Source of the DNA: a virus | Taxonomy: Duplodnaviria > Caudoviricetes | IMG/VR virus record: IMGVR_UViG_3300032218_000876 | Coordinates: 1 to 24,133 of that record | DNA: 24,133 nucleotides | Direction: 5' to 3' (one strand) | Part shown: positions 1-9,694 of the stretch, piece by piece | How the letters are laid out: each line of letters begins with the position of its first letter | Numbering within the stretch: position 1 is the stretch's first letter | Position numbers and translations under genes: made by a program | Notes under the pieces: model-generated | Told to the model about the DNA's origin: nothing | Databases searched by the model: none | Seen by the model: the letters and a program-made list of their open reading frames with translations, nothing else

Positions 1-34
1 CGTGGTCTGGATGTTCTAAATAAATGATGGGCAT
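1..34 (-). CDS. 5' fragment of a small phage protein (MPIIYLEHPDH...), truncated by the window edge
   Basis: ATG at 34-32 just downstream of a hairpin; frame stays open to the edge; same strand as the structural operon. Confidence 0.55.
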   Translation of the reverse strand, partial: MPIIYLEHPDH

Positions 35-49
35 ATTTTTTCTATGTAG

Positions 50-72
50 ATAGGGGGCAAAAAGCCCCCTAT
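50..72 (-). terminator. Perfect 9-bp hairpin ATAGGGGGC-AAAAA-GCCCCCTAT after the 76..312 gene
   Basis: Inverted repeat directly after the stop codon; no clear U-tract, so it may be a processing or stability hairpin. Confidence 0.45.
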
Positions 73-75
73 TTA

Positions 76-312
76 TTAGCCGATTAACCAGTTAGTACCA
101 TTGCAAAATACTGGGACTACATAAGAGCCTCCAGCAGCTACAGTGGCGCCGATACCAGCGGTATAAGCTGTATTGGAGTCGCTTACAGCAGCGCGTGTCC
201 CAGCAAGTGCTGTGGATGCGGCTGGCAGTGTACCGACTGTATACAGTTTGTACTGGATAGTATCAACGGCTGGGTCAGCATACGCTACGCCAACAGCTTT
301 TGTATTAGCCAT
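76..312 (-). CDS. Small virion protein (head decoration/fibre-like), 78 aa
   Basis: AAAGGA RBS; Ala/Gly/Thr-rich; C-terminal 'VFCNGTNW' typical of phage fibre/decoration modules; downstream of the capsid gene. Confidence 0.7.
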   Translation of the reverse strand: MANTKAVGVAYADPAVDTIQYKLYTVGTLPAASTALAGTRAAVSDSNTAYTAGIGATVAAGGSYVVPVFCNGTNWLIG

Positions 313-324
313 GATTTTTCCTTT

Positions 325-349
325 AAAAGTCCCGCCCCGAAGGGCGGGA
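325..349 (-). terminator. Intrinsic terminator-like hairpin with cUUCGg tetraloop
   Basis: Minus strand reads TCCCGCCC-TTCG-GGGCGGGA-CTTTT. Confidence 0.7.
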
Positions 350-356
350 TATTACA

Positions 357-755
357 TTAACCAGCGATGCGGTAGAAAGTCCAAGTGCCTGCTGCTGTCT
401 TACGAGCGCGCCATGTAGATGACGTAACCGCAGACAAAGTAACAACACCAGACAATGTCCAACCAGTACCAGCTACAACAGTAGCGGCGCCAGTTGCGCT
501 TGTGTTAATAAAAGAAACATCAAAACAACTATTAGTTTTAGAGCTAGATACAAGTGAATCTACGTCCGTTGCATCTGGAAGCGTTAGATTAGCTGCGCCT
601 GTGCCAGTGTAAATAACAATGCCATCAGTCAATTGAGCTGCTGTCAAAGTTACACCAGTAGCTGTAGATACGGGAGCTGCTTGAACATTGATTTGAACTT
701 CGGATAGATTACCATCACCAACCTGATAACCACCTGCGCCATTTGGAAGTGCCAT
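357..755 (-). CDS. Putative capsid decoration/cement protein, 132 aa
   Basis: AAGGA RBS; immediately downstream of the major capsid gene; Thr/Ala/Gly-rich, beta-type composition. Confidence 0.7.
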   Translation of the reverse strand: MALPNGAGGYQVGDGNLSEVQINVQAAPVSTATGVTLTAAQLTDGIVIYTGTGAANLTLPDATDVDSLVSSSKTNSCFDVSFINTSATGAATVVAGTGWTLSGVVTLSAVTSSTWRARKTAAGTWTFYRIAG

Positions 756-781
756 GATTTTATTCCTTAAAAAATATAGTT

Positions 782-806
782 AAAAAGCCCCCGCTTGCGC
801 GGGAGC
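782..806 (-). terminator. Intrinsic terminator after the capsid gene (GCAA tetraloop)
   Basis: Minus strand reads GCTCCCGC-GCAA-GCGGGGGC-TTTTT. Confidence 0.7.
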
Positions 807-813
807 GTTTCGA

Positions 814-2016
814 TTAGCCCCAGATACGGCAAGCCATTTGTGGACGGATTGTGCTGTAGCCATACAGAACGTCGATACGGCAAGGCAAACGGTCATTGTT
901 AATATCGTATTGACGGACAACACGCATAGAAATGCCGTTATGAACTTGACGTGACGCCATGTCTACGCCTTGTGGCAACAACAAGTCAGCGGTCGCAAAA
1001 GTGATCGCATCTTTGTGGTATACCAAGTTTTGAGCGTATTGGCTAAGAGCTGAACCCAACATGGTCACTGCTTTACCAGCTACAGGGAAGCTATTTACAG
1101 TTGCTAACGCATTGTCAGAAGTGTAAAGAGCTGGGCTAATAGACAGAGTTGCAGTAGAAGAACCAGCAGCTACAGCAGTTACAGTGAACTGTTGGAGGCT
1201 ACCTGTGGACTCACGAGTTTGTGGGTTAACTGCATAAACGTCAGCGATAGTAAATACGTCGCCTACGTTCCAAGTTTTGCTAGAGCCAGTAAAGCTGATT
1301 GGCAATGTAGCTTGACCTTGGGTAGTTACAGTTGAAGTTACAGTGATAGTTGTACCCCAGTCACCAGTTGTGTGCTGCTTGATAGATTGGCTCATGTTAA
1401 CTTCGTCGAAGCCCAACACGCCCATACCCATCATGCCGTTCTTGAACTGACGGCTGATTGTGTCTGTAGGATTAAACAAACCTTTCATGCCTTCAACCAA
1501 GCCAGCGTTGGCTGCTGGGTTAACAGTAGCGTAACGTGGGGACATAACAGCAGCGTTTTCGTTCAACTTTTGTTGAGCTTGTAAAAGCACCAAAGAAGTA
1601 GAAGGAGTTGTGCCAGGAGTGCCTACTGAGCTATAGATAGCTTTGTAGCTGTTTGCTACGTCAGCGTCAATAGAAGAAGCCAACTGTGAGATACGTGGTT
1701 TTAATACACGCTCTGCAAAGTCATCTAACTGCATTGTCAATTCAGCAGAAGTGAAGTTAACACCAATGTGCTTTTGACTAGCAACAGACAAAGTTGTGTA
1801 CTGTTCGTTGTCGTCTTGAACTTGCAAGGCGGCACCGTCAGTAACCAAAGCGCGGTCTGGTAAGCGGATACGCAGTGTAGAGCCAATTTTGGCGCCTTCA
1901 ACAGCGAAAGAATCGTCATATTGACGGTTTACGTTACGGGTTAAGACAAGATTATTCTCAAGGATCTCAAGAGCCTTACGTGTAATCATGTCAATCGTTA
2001 AGATCGAGTTAGACAT
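814..2016 (-). CDS. Major capsid protein, P22 coat protein (gp5) family
   Basis: 400 aa; N-terminal 'MSNSILTIDMITRKALEILENNL...KIGSTLRIRLP' and C-terminal 'RIDVLYG' match the P22-coat family; downstream of scaffold. Confidence 0.9.
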   Translation of the reverse strand: MSNSILTIDMITRKALEILENNLVLTRNVNRQYDDSFAVEGAKIGSTLRIRLPDRALVTDGAALQVQDDNEQYTTLSVASQKHIGVNFTSAELTMQLDDFAERVLKPRISQLASSIDADVANSYKAIYSSVGTPGTTPSTSLVLLQAQQKLNENAAVMSPRYATVNPAANAGLVEGMKGLFNPTDTISRQFKNGMMGMGVLGFDEVNMSQSIKQHTTGDWGTTITVTSTVTTQGQATLPISFTGSSKTWNVGDVFTIADVYAVNPQTRESTGSLQQFTVTAVAAGSSTATLSISPALYTSDNALATVNSFPVAGKAVTMLGSALSQYAQNLVYHKDAITFATADLLLPQGVDMASRQVHNGISMRVVRQYDINNDRLPCRIDVLYGYSTIRPQMACRIWG

Positions 2017-2039
2017 TTTAGTTTCCTAATAAAAAATAG

Positions 2040-2831
2040 TTAGCGGTTTCTCTGCGCTTCCCACTTCTTGATCTGGCGTTGGCGTTCAGCTTCGATCCAT
2101 TCTGACGTACTCATCGACTTAATCGAACGAGGATCAGTTGTATCTGTGGCTGGAGATCCAGAGGATCTTGCCGTGACCGGAGCAATTGGTGCAGGGGCGC
2201 TCGAAGTCTTTTTAACAGGTGGATTGTCGCTTAATTTAGCTTCAATTTTCCCTAATTCTTTTGCTTGCGCGAGGGGCGATAAACGAGAAATACGTTCAGC
2301 TTCTTTCGGATTAGACCCTAGGTAATAAGCCATATCGGGGCCAACTTCAGAGGCTTGAATCGTTTGAGCCATAGCGTCGGTGATTGGGAGCTTGGAGTTA
2401 TAGGCGACTTGTTCAAAATCGTCATATTTGTTCCGCGCTTCTTCTTCACGTTCGTGATAGGACTCAATGATCTCAGACTGCATCCTAGCTTGTTCACGCC
2501 TAGCAAGCAATTCTTCTGCCTTACGTTCTGCCAATACTTCAGCATATTCGTCTGGTGAATTAAATTGCTCAATAGGCGGGATTTCTACTGGAGCTTTTCG
2601 GGCTTGTGTTTCTTGAGCCTTAGCTGTCTGTTCTCTTTCCCACTTACGTTGTTCTCTAGCAAGACGTTTCCCAATGGCCGCGTCCAATTCTTCTTGTGTA
2701 AAAGTTTTGGTTGCTTCCGCTGGTTTTTCTGCTGCTTCCGGCGCTATTACTTCAGATTCAGGGGCTGCCGTAGCTTCCTGTTCCGGCGCGGTTACTTCCG
2801 CTTGTACTACTTCTTGAGTATCTTCACTCAT
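2040..2831 (-). CDS. Capsid scaffolding protein
   Basis: Acidic, Glu/Ala-rich coiled coil; 'KTFTQEELDAAIGKRLARE' motif; AGGAG RBS; immediately upstream of the capsid gene. Confidence 0.8.
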   Translation of the reverse strand: MSEDTQEVVQAEVTAPEQEATAAPESEVIAPEAAEKPAEATKTFTQEELDAAIGKRLAREQRKWEREQTAKAQETQARKAPVEIPPIEQFNSPDEYAEVLAERKAEELLARREQARMQSEIIESYHEREEEARNKYDDFEQVAYNSKLPITDAMAQTIQASEVGPDMAYYLGSNPKEAERISRLSPLAQAKELGKIEAKLSDNPPVKKTSSAPAPIAPVTARSSGSPATDTTDPRSIKSMSTSEWIEAERQRQIKKWEAQRNR

Positions 2832-2893
2832 TGATATGACTCCTAAGAATCCCTAGCAATCCGGCTAGTGCGGTTTTGTTACATCATACTCTA

Positions 2894-3391
2894 TTAACTA
2901 GCAAATTCAACTATGTCACCAGCATTTAAACCACTTACAAAAGTAATTGTTGTTGGATCAGTTTCATTGTAGTTTAAGGTAATAATTTGTTTACTGCCGT
3001 TGACGTAGACTTTTAAGCTGTTATTGCCTGTAGTGTAAGTCGAAACGGTGAACACGGTTTGACCTTGAATGGCGGTTTGATAAGACTGAGCGCCGCCTGA
3101 GGGCAAACCATAAAGGTTATTCATGCTCCAAATTTGTACGCCATGAGAATCTTGTAAAACAAACTTGTATGAGTACAAGCCGTTTAACCAAATCTCATAA
3201 GGAGGTCTACCTGACGAATCCAAAACAATTGGGTTGGAATTAGGTGTAGCCCCTGTGTAACTTGTATAAGTCACCGCTGGCGTGGTTGAGCCAGCCAAAT
3301 AGGTATACAAAAGACCGCCAGCCAAAGGCAATCCGTTATTATCGAAAAACTGCCAACCTGCGCCGCCGACGGGGGATAAGTTATATGCCAT
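2894..3391 (-). CDS. Stand-alone tailspike anchor/head-binding-like domain protein
   Basis: 'QFFDNNGLPLAGGLLYTYLAGSTTP...NPIVLDSSGR' is the usual N-terminal virion-attachment module of podovirus tailspikes, followed by a 'GQTVFT...LKVYVNG' beta module. Confidence 0.65.
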   Translation of the reverse strand: MAYNLSPVGGAGWQFFDNNGLPLAGGLLYTYLAGSTTPAVTYTSYTGATPNSNPIVLDSSGRPPYEIWLNGLYSYKFVLQDSHGVQIWSMNNLYGLPSGGAQSYQTAIQGQTVFTVSTYTTGNNSLKVYVNGSKQIITLNYNETDPTTITFVSGLNAGDIVEFAS

Positions 3392-3392
3392 G

Positions 3393-4826
3393 TTAAGCCT
3401 CTAAAGAAGCCCGCCAGCCAACAGTAATGTCAGCGCCGGGGGCAGTGCCACAATTAATAGTAAATTGAGTCGATGTAATATTAGAAGGCCATACGGCTAC
3501 AGCAGCGCCTGTACCTGTTTCCATAGACAATTTAATTTGGTTTAAAGTTGGTGTAATTGGCAAATTATGATTGACCACTACCGTAGTAGCTGCAGCAGTA
3601 ATAATACCAGCACCAATTGTGGTGTATTGATAAAACAATTCGCCTGTAGCGTTAAATTGCGTACCTGAACCTACAATAGCCATTGGGTTAGCGATATGTA
3701 CTTTATTACCTGTACCTACGGTTACCAAAGCGTTGCTACCAGTTAAAGTATCCCAAGAATTAACGCGTACGTTACCCATAGTAACTGTATTGCCCGTACC
3801 GCCCACGTTAATTAAACCACGGGAAAGGTTTTGACCTTCTAAGTTAGAAAAATCAAATAAGCAATTAGCTCCTAACATACGAATGTTGTAGTTAGAGCTA
3901 TTAGCTGGAGGCCCATAGCTAGTCAAGTTAGAAAATTGGGCTGTAGCACCATCTACTGTGGAATCCACAAAAATAGCGTAATTGCTAATATCAAAGTCTA
4001 AATTAACGCCGTGGAGCTTAGAAGTATGCCCAGAAGCGTTTTGATAAAAACCAAGAGTAATGTTGGTGTAAATACTAAATACGTTTGACAACATAGGGTT
4101 GTCGCAACGATTTAATGAAATAGCAATTGCGTTGGATTGAGTGTATGCAGTGACGTTAGAATCATTTTGCCAAAAAGGCCAATTATGAAAGTTATTGATC
4201 CGAACGGTATCTAAAGCCTTATTAATGTTAATACCAATAAATAAAAACTGACCACGAACGTTATCAATTGTTACACGCCCTGCATCGCCGTCATTATGGT
4301 TAATACCTTTATAAGGGTTTAACAATACTACGTCGGTATAAAACACATCGGCGTTATACGTATCAAAGTCAAAATCAAATACGGTGGGAGTCCAGCCAGT
4401 TGTAATAGCGTTTGTATGTTTACGATATGTACCAATTTTTTCAAAACGAACGGTAGAAATAAACGCGGAAGAACCGGATTTGGTTAAAAAACCAACGCCT
4501 GAATGGTCTAAAAAGAACCAACTACCACGGCCGCGGGTACCAAAAGGCCCTGCGGATCCATAAGGGTTTGTACCATCTCCAATGATAGTAATGCCTGTAG
4601 TAATGGTAATTGGCGCTGTTGTGCGATACCCGTTGTTAGTAGCAGGCACATAAATTTGATCCGCGCCTGAGTTAATAGCTGCCTGAATAGCTGCGGTGTC
4701 GTCAGTTGTGCCATTACCTACAGCGCCGAAGTCCGTAATAGATACGGTTTCCGCTAGTTTAAGATTAATAGGTCTATTAACCGCGCCAGAAGCGTTTTGT
4801 CTAAATTTTGGGATTAAAGTGGTCAT
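3393..4826 (-). CDS. Tailspike / depolymerase with pectate-lyase-like beta-helix
   Basis: 'VSITDFGAVGNGTTDDTAAIQAAINSG' beta-helix cap motif; Asn/Gly/Ile-rich repetitive strands. Confidence 0.8.
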   Translation of the reverse strand: MTTLIPKFRQNASGAVNRPINLKLAETVSITDFGAVGNGTTDDTAAIQAAINSGADQIYVPATNNGYRTTAPITITTGITIIGDGTNPYGSAGPFGTRGRGSWFFLDHSGVGFLTKSGSSAFISTVRFEKIGTYRKHTNAITTGWTPTVFDFDFDTYNADVFYTDVVLLNPYKGINHNDGDAGRVTIDNVRGQFLFIGININKALDTVRINNFHNWPFWQNDSNVTAYTQSNAIAISLNRCDNPMLSNVFSIYTNITLGFYQNASGHTSKLHGVNLDFDISNYAIFVDSTVDGATAQFSNLTSYGPPANSSNYNIRMLGANCLFDFSNLEGQNLSRGLINVGGTGNTVTMGNVRVNSWDTLTGSNALVTVGTGNKVHIANPMAIVGSGTQFNATGELFYQYTTIGAGIITAAATTVVVNHNLPITPTLNQIKLSMETGTGAAVAVWPSNITSTQFTINCGTAPGADITVGWRASLEA

Positions 4827-4834
4827 ACTTGATC

Positions 4835-5368
4835 CTATGTGTTAATCGTAAAGGAAGCAGTTGTTGTTCCTATTGTAGCCTTACTTACAAGCTGATTGCT
4901 CCATTGCTCATTAGGCTTTGTAGGAAAAAAAGCATCATAAGTAGGATTAACAGCAATAGCACGGATTACGCTGCGCCAAGACACAAATTCTGCTTGATTT
5001 GTCAAATATGGGTCAGACTTAGCTGGGTCAGCCACATCAGGAATAGCAGTCCAATCGGTTTGTGAAAGAAGTGACTGCGCTTGTGCTTTATATTGCTGTG
5101 CAATACTTTGACGATAAGCAGCTAATTGCTCTGGCGTCATATCTTGAACTTCTACTGTATAAACCACATCGCTATTAATGTATGGGGCTACAGACTCAAG
5201 ATATTGAGTTGCAGGGTCATAAGGCAAATAAACAGTTACAGGCAAGCATGAATTTTCAGCCATCCATTCAGGTGTAGGGCCTGAAGCTGGAAAAGAAGTA
5301 TTAGGAAACAGAACTTGGTAATCACCAACTTGTTCTACTGTTTGTCCATTAACGATTGCGATTAACAT
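4835..5368 (-). CDS. Phage tail (fibre) assembly chaperone-like protein
   Basis: 'LLSQTDWTAIPD...WRSVIRAI...FPTKP' motif; directly downstream of the LamG gene. Confidence 0.7.
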   Translation of the reverse strand: MLIAIVNGQTVEQVGDYQVLFPNTSFPASGPTPEWMAENSCLPVTVYLPYDPATQYLESVAPYINSDVVYTVEVQDMTPEQLAAYRQSIAQQYKAQAQSLLSQTDWTAIPDVADPAKSDPYLTNQAEFVSWRSVIRAIAVNPTYDAFFPTKPNEQWSNQLVSKATIGTTTASFTINT

Positions 5369-5377
5369 AATTATTCC

Positions 5378-7393
5378 TTAGTAAGTCGGTAAAGCTGCTG
5401 TAGGTGGTGTTATGGTGCTTTGAGTAACATCATATCTTGCATAGCCATTGGTAATTCTAATGTCATCTAAATATCCTGAAAAAGGAAAAGATGTTCCTCC
5501 TGAACGAACACCAATGCTTAATCCTTGATTGCCATTATTAACAGCACCTGAAACAGTTGTTGTGCCTAATCTTGTGCCATTTAAAAATGCAGCCATTGTT
5601 GTGCCACTTTTAACCATAGCAAACCAATTCCATTGGTTAGTAGGAAAAGTTGATGTTGTTACTGAATATACAGATGAGCCTACAGCAACTTGAAAATATA
5701 AAGTTCCTGAATAATAAATAATTTCCCATGATGAATTACTATCAGGAGAGCTCCACCTACTTAATATTGCTTGATTTCCGCTTGATGTAGAATAAAACCA
5801 TCCTTCAATAGTAAAGTCACCAGAGCCTAAATAAACATTTTGACTAATTGCAGTTGTAAGCCAATCTGTAGACCCATTTAAACTAATAGAACCTGTCCCA
5901 TACTTCTTAACACTTGTGCTTACTTGTGCAGAGCCTACTGTTTGTAAGTCATTTTGCATAGCAAGGTCAGGGATGCCAGCGTTTTGAAAACTAGCTAAGA
6001 ATGTAGTAGAGCCTGACGAAGTTAATGGAGCAGTTGGTGAAGTAAATGTTGATGTATAAAGTGCTGTTCCAACAGTATATCTAACATCAGTTAAATAACC
6101 TTGCATATATGGTGGAGAATTGCCAGTTAAAACACCAATCATTGCTCCAGATTCAGAAAAACTTATTCCATTTTGCACAGTTGAAGTAGTAACTAAAACA
6201 CCATCAATAAATAAATAAGTTGTTCCTGAAGCTCTTGTTGCAGTTACATAATGCCAATTATTTATTCCTGGTGACCAAGTGTAACCAACTATATAAGCTC
6301 CAGAACCATGTCGGCTTATACGCAATTGACCGCCACTATAACCAAACCATAACTGTCCACTAGCCCCAGAAATATTATTTGTAGTAGTAAAAAAAGCAAC
6401 TTCAGGAGTAACAGAAGGATTAAAGTTTACCCAACATTCAACAGTAAAATCTCCAGTTCCGGGAGAAAAAGCAGAGTTACTTGCCATTGTCAAATAACTA
6501 CTACCATCAAAATATCCACTTCCACCAATAGTCGCTGTAGAGTATGGTGCTGTTGGGTTAAATGGTGAGAAGCGTTGAACAGATGGTGAGCCGTTTACAG
6601 TTATTGAAAAGTTGTTTGCGCTGTTATCAATAAAACGATTTGATTGACAAGTTAATAATTGAGTGCCGCTTATAGCACTTAATGGCGTTGTTGGGGGCGT
6701 AAAGTTTCCGGTATAAACTGCTGTAGTTGTTACACGAACATTAGAAATATAGCCGAGCCAATACCTTGCGTATCCATTTTGTGTTCCAATTGTTACAGGA
6801 AAACTACTACTAAAGTTTGTGGAATCTGCCCCAGATGCTACGCTTACACCATTTTGATAAAGTGTTATTGTTCCGCCATTCTTTACAGCAGCCACATGAA
6901 CCCAAGTACCTAAAGGAAAATTAGAAGTTGCTGTTACGGCGCTTGAACCAGCTAAATTATAAAATTGCAAATAATTGTTTGACCCGGTTCCAACTCGAAG
7001 CCACCAATTACCAGAATTAGGCCCGCAGTTAGCAACAATCCATTGGTCTGTAAAACTTTCGCCACCACCATTTTGATAAGCGGAAAGATATACCCATGCT
7101 TCAATGGTAAAATTGCCAGAATTAATATTTAGATTATTTGTCGGACCAGTTAAAGCACTAGACCCATCAAAATAGTTACTCCACAAATTACCATAAGGAC
7201 TAAATGAGCCTTGTGTAGGGCTACCATTACGAGTGATAGTGAAATTATTGCTTGAGCTATCTAAAAATGTATTGTTCTGTGCGCCATTCGTTCCATCGCC
7301 ATTTAAAAGCAATGAAACATCATAAAAATATGGGTCTGTGCCACCACCAGTAGGAATACCGCTAGCTGCACTTAACAGGTCACGAACTGGCAT
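5378..7393 (-). CDS. Virion adhesin with three LamG/concanavalin A-like domains
   Basis: Three repeats of 'NFTIEAWVY / DFTVECWVN / DFTIEGWFY ... W.H.A..K.G....LY.NG ... GYI..VR.T' plus 'FTPPTTPL' linkers. Confidence 0.85.
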   Translation of the reverse strand: MPVRDLLSAASGIPTGGGTDPYFYDVSLLLNGDGTNGAQNNTFLDSSSNNFTITRNGSPTQGSFSPYGNLWSNYFDGSSALTGPTNNLNINSGNFTIEAWVYLSAYQNGGGESFTDQWIVANCGPNSGNWWLRVGTGSNNYLQFYNLAGSSAVTATSNFPLGTWVHVAAVKNGGTITLYQNGVSVASGADSTNFSSSFPVTIGTQNGYARYWLGYISNVRVTTTAVYTGNFTPPTTPLSAISGTQLLTCQSNRFIDNSANNFSITVNGSPSVQRFSPFNPTAPYSTATIGGSGYFDGSSYLTMASNSAFSPGTGDFTVECWVNFNPSVTPEVAFFTTTNNISGASGQLWFGYSGGQLRISRHGSGAYIVGYTWSPGINNWHYVTATRASGTTYLFIDGVLVTTSTVQNGISFSESGAMIGVLTGNSPPYMQGYLTDVRYTVGTALYTSTFTSPTAPLTSSGSTTFLASFQNAGIPDLAMQNDLQTVGSAQVSTSVKKYGTGSISLNGSTDWLTTAISQNVYLGSGDFTIEGWFYSTSSGNQAILSRWSSPDSNSSWEIIYYSGTLYFQVAVGSSVYSVTTSTFPTNQWNWFAMVKSGTTMAAFLNGTRLGTTTVSGAVNNGNQGLSIGVRSGGTSFPFSGYLDDIRITNGYARYDVTQSTITPPTAALPTY

Positions 7394-7394
7394 A

Positions 7395-9395
7395 TTAAGC
7401 CATCGCCTTTCCTAGAACAAAGCCTTGCCAAGTTGTGCCACCATCAATAGTAAAGAAACCTAAGTCATCATATCCTGAAGCTGTCAATGTAGGGGCAGTA
7501 CCGCCAGCCCATTTAACTCCTGAGAACCAGTTAACTGTAGCAGAGCCACCATTAGTTAATTGCAAGATAAATGAGTTTACTAAACCACTAGCTGCTGCGT
7601 TGCTGATAGTAAAAGTTGTTGTACCTGAGATTGTCTTGGTAAAGTAATTACTTGCAGACAAATCAATAGCGCTAGCCGCAATAGCAGTAGATTTTTCAAT
7701 GTATTCGGTTGCTTTAACAACTGTAAATGTACCCGCCGCGGCAGTAGTGCCACCAACAGCCATATTATCTACAGTTCCGGCTGTGGCTGGGTTAATAGTT
7801 ACAGTGCCGCTACCACTAGGAGCCATTGAAATAGTAGAGTTAGCAGGGTTCATGTTAAATGAACCATCTAAAGTTAAATTAACACCGCCACCGCCGCCCC
7901 ATTGCAAACAAGCTGAACCGCCTGCAGTTCTTAAAGCACCGCCGCCTGATCCTGAAGCATCAAGATAAGAACTTACAAGTTTAGTGTTTGCAGTGATGGT
8001 TGTGCCGGTAATAGCTGCGGCTGTTGTGCCGCCAATAGCAGGAGGGCTAGATAAATCTAAAGTGCCGCCAAGAGTTAAGCTACCTGAGCTAGTAACAGTG
8101 CCAGTAAGAGTAAGACCATTAACTGTGCCTGTACCGCTTACAGAAGTAACTGAGCCGCTTCCTTTGTTATTAAAAGTATTCCAGTCGGTGCTAGTTAAAT
8201 AACCACTAACTGAAGTAGTTGCCGCAGGCATAGCAATAGTAGGCGTTGTGCCACCAGAGCTAGTTACAGGGCTAGTCGCCGATACAGAAGTAACATAAGT
8301 GCCAGCAGGTTGTTTGCTGTTAAATGTAGACCAATCAGTGCTAGTTAAGTAACCGTTTGCAGACGCGCTAGCGGCTGCCATACTAATTGCAGGTGTTGTG
8401 CCACCGCTAGATACCACAGGAGCTGTACCAGTAACGCTAGTAACTGTACCATTACCTTTGTTATTAAAAGTTGTCCAATCAGCAGCGCTTAATACACCGC
8501 GATTAGTAGCTGAAGCAGTTGGAACATTTAATGTAATAACTGGAGTTGTAGTGCTGTTAGCAACAGTAGAGCTTAAATCAGTACCTGAAGTACCTAAAGT
8601 TAATGCGGAAACATTGGTAACTGTACCTGTACCGCCAACCGCTGCCCAAGTAGGCACACCACCAGATAAAGTCAATACTTGACCGTTAGACCCAGCAGCT
8701 AAAAAAGTAGTAGCTCCTGTACCTGATTGATATGGTAATGAACCTGTAGCGCCGCCAGCAATATTAGTAGCGCTTGTAGCGTTTCCTGAAAAACCGCTAG
8801 CAGTAATAACTCCAGCGCTGATTGTTGCGCCTGAATTTTGAATTAATTTACCTGTAGTGCCGTTATAGATGGCAATAGCATTATTTGTAGCTGAAGATGG
8901 CCCAACTACATCGCCTGTACCACTAACAGTAGACCAAGTTGGTACGCCAGCAGCTAACGTAAGTACTTGACCATTGGTGCCTGCGGATAAAAAAGTAGTA
9001 GCCCCGGAGCCAGATTGATAAGGTACTGAACCAGTAGAACCGCCAGCAAGGTTAGTAGAAGTAGTCGCAGTAGTTGCATTAGTTGCAGTTCCTACAGTTA
9101 ATCCAGCAGCCGTGCCAGTAATATTAGTACCAACTAAAACGGAAGGTGTACCAAGATTAGGAGTTACAAGCGTAGGGCTTGTAGCTAATACGTTATTACC
9201 TGTACCTGTGTTAGTTATGGTAATTAAAGCACCACTTGAATTGGTTGCTACGGATGAAGAAGCAGATAAAGTACCTGCTGAAATAAGAAATTCGCCACTT
9301 GCGTTTGGAACCGTAATAGTATTAGAACCCGTAGTATCTGGGCCACTAATGGTGGTCGAGCCGCCTAACGGGGCTTGAAAGACTAAATTACCCAT
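7395..9395 (-). CDS. Gly/Thr/Ser-rich tail-fibre-like protein with internal repeats
   Basis: Two copies of 'N.AGG.TGS.PYQSG.GATTFL.AG.NGQVLTL..GVPTW', three ending 'DW.TFN.K'; C-terminal 'VKWAGGTAPTLT..GYD...F.T.DGGTTW' fibre-tip module. Confidence 0.75.
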   Translation of the reverse strand: MGNLVFQAPLGGSTTISGPDTTGSNTITVPNASGEFLISAGTLSASSSVATNSSGALITITNTGTGNNVLATSPTLVTPNLGTPSVLVGTNITGTAAGLTVGTATNATTATTSTNLAGGSTGSVPYQSGSGATTFLSAGTNGQVLTLAAGVPTWSTVSGTGDVVGPSSATNNAIAIYNGTTGKLIQNSGATISAGVITASGFSGNATSATNIAGGATGSLPYQSGTGATTFLAAGSNGQVLTLSGGVPTWAAVGGTGTVTNVSALTLGTSGTDLSSTVANSTTTPVITLNVPTASATNRGVLSAADWTTFNNKGNGTVTSVTGTAPVVSSGGTTPAISMAAASASANGYLTSTDWSTFNSKQPAGTYVTSVSATSPVTSSGGTTPTIAMPAATTSVSGYLTSTDWNTFNNKGSGSVTSVSGTGTVNGLTLTGTVTSSGSLTLGGTLDLSSPPAIGGTTAAAITGTTITANTKLVSSYLDASGSGGGALRTAGGSACLQWGGGGGVNLTLDGSFNMNPANSTISMAPSGSGTVTINPATAGTVDNMAVGGTTAAAGTFTVVKATEYIEKSTAIAASAIDLSASNYFTKTISGTTTFTISNAAASGLVNSFILQLTNGGSATVNWFSGVKWAGGTAPTLTASGYDDLGFFTIDGGTTWQGFVLGKAMA

Positions 9396-9418
9396 GATTT
9401 TTCCTTACGGGGCGAAAA

Positions 9419-9685
9419 TTATTCGTAAACGACAGTGAAAGTAGCTGTAGAACCAAGAACGATATATAGTCCTTTATTAAAATAAATACCTGCGGGAAAA
9501 CTTAAATACTGAGTCCCGGCTGATACTGTAATAGTGTTGGCAATCTTTGGATCGCTTGTGCTACCAGCAGGGCTATCGTAAACAGTTAATGTGCCGCTAG
9601 ATGAAGTAGATACAAAAATACCAAAAAGTTTGCCTGCGCCAACTTTTACTTGTACGGTTGCGTCTGAATAAGTGTAATTTGCCAT
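9419..9685 (-). CDS. Small conserved-looking virion protein, 88 aa
   Basis: AAGGA RBS; beta-strand composition; in the operon between portal and fibres. Confidence 0.65.
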   Translation of the reverse strand: MANYTYSDATVQVKVGAGKLFGIFVSTSSSGTLTVYDSPAGSTSDPKIANTITVSAGTQYLSFPAGIYFNKGLYIVLGSTATFTVVYE

Positions 9686-9694
9686 GATAATTCC

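Noticed and set aside
5378-9395. Diversity-generating retroelement or invertible tail-fibre switch
   Set aside because: Repeats are diverged protein-domain repeats; no reverse transcriptase, invertase or adenine-specific TR/VR pair was seen
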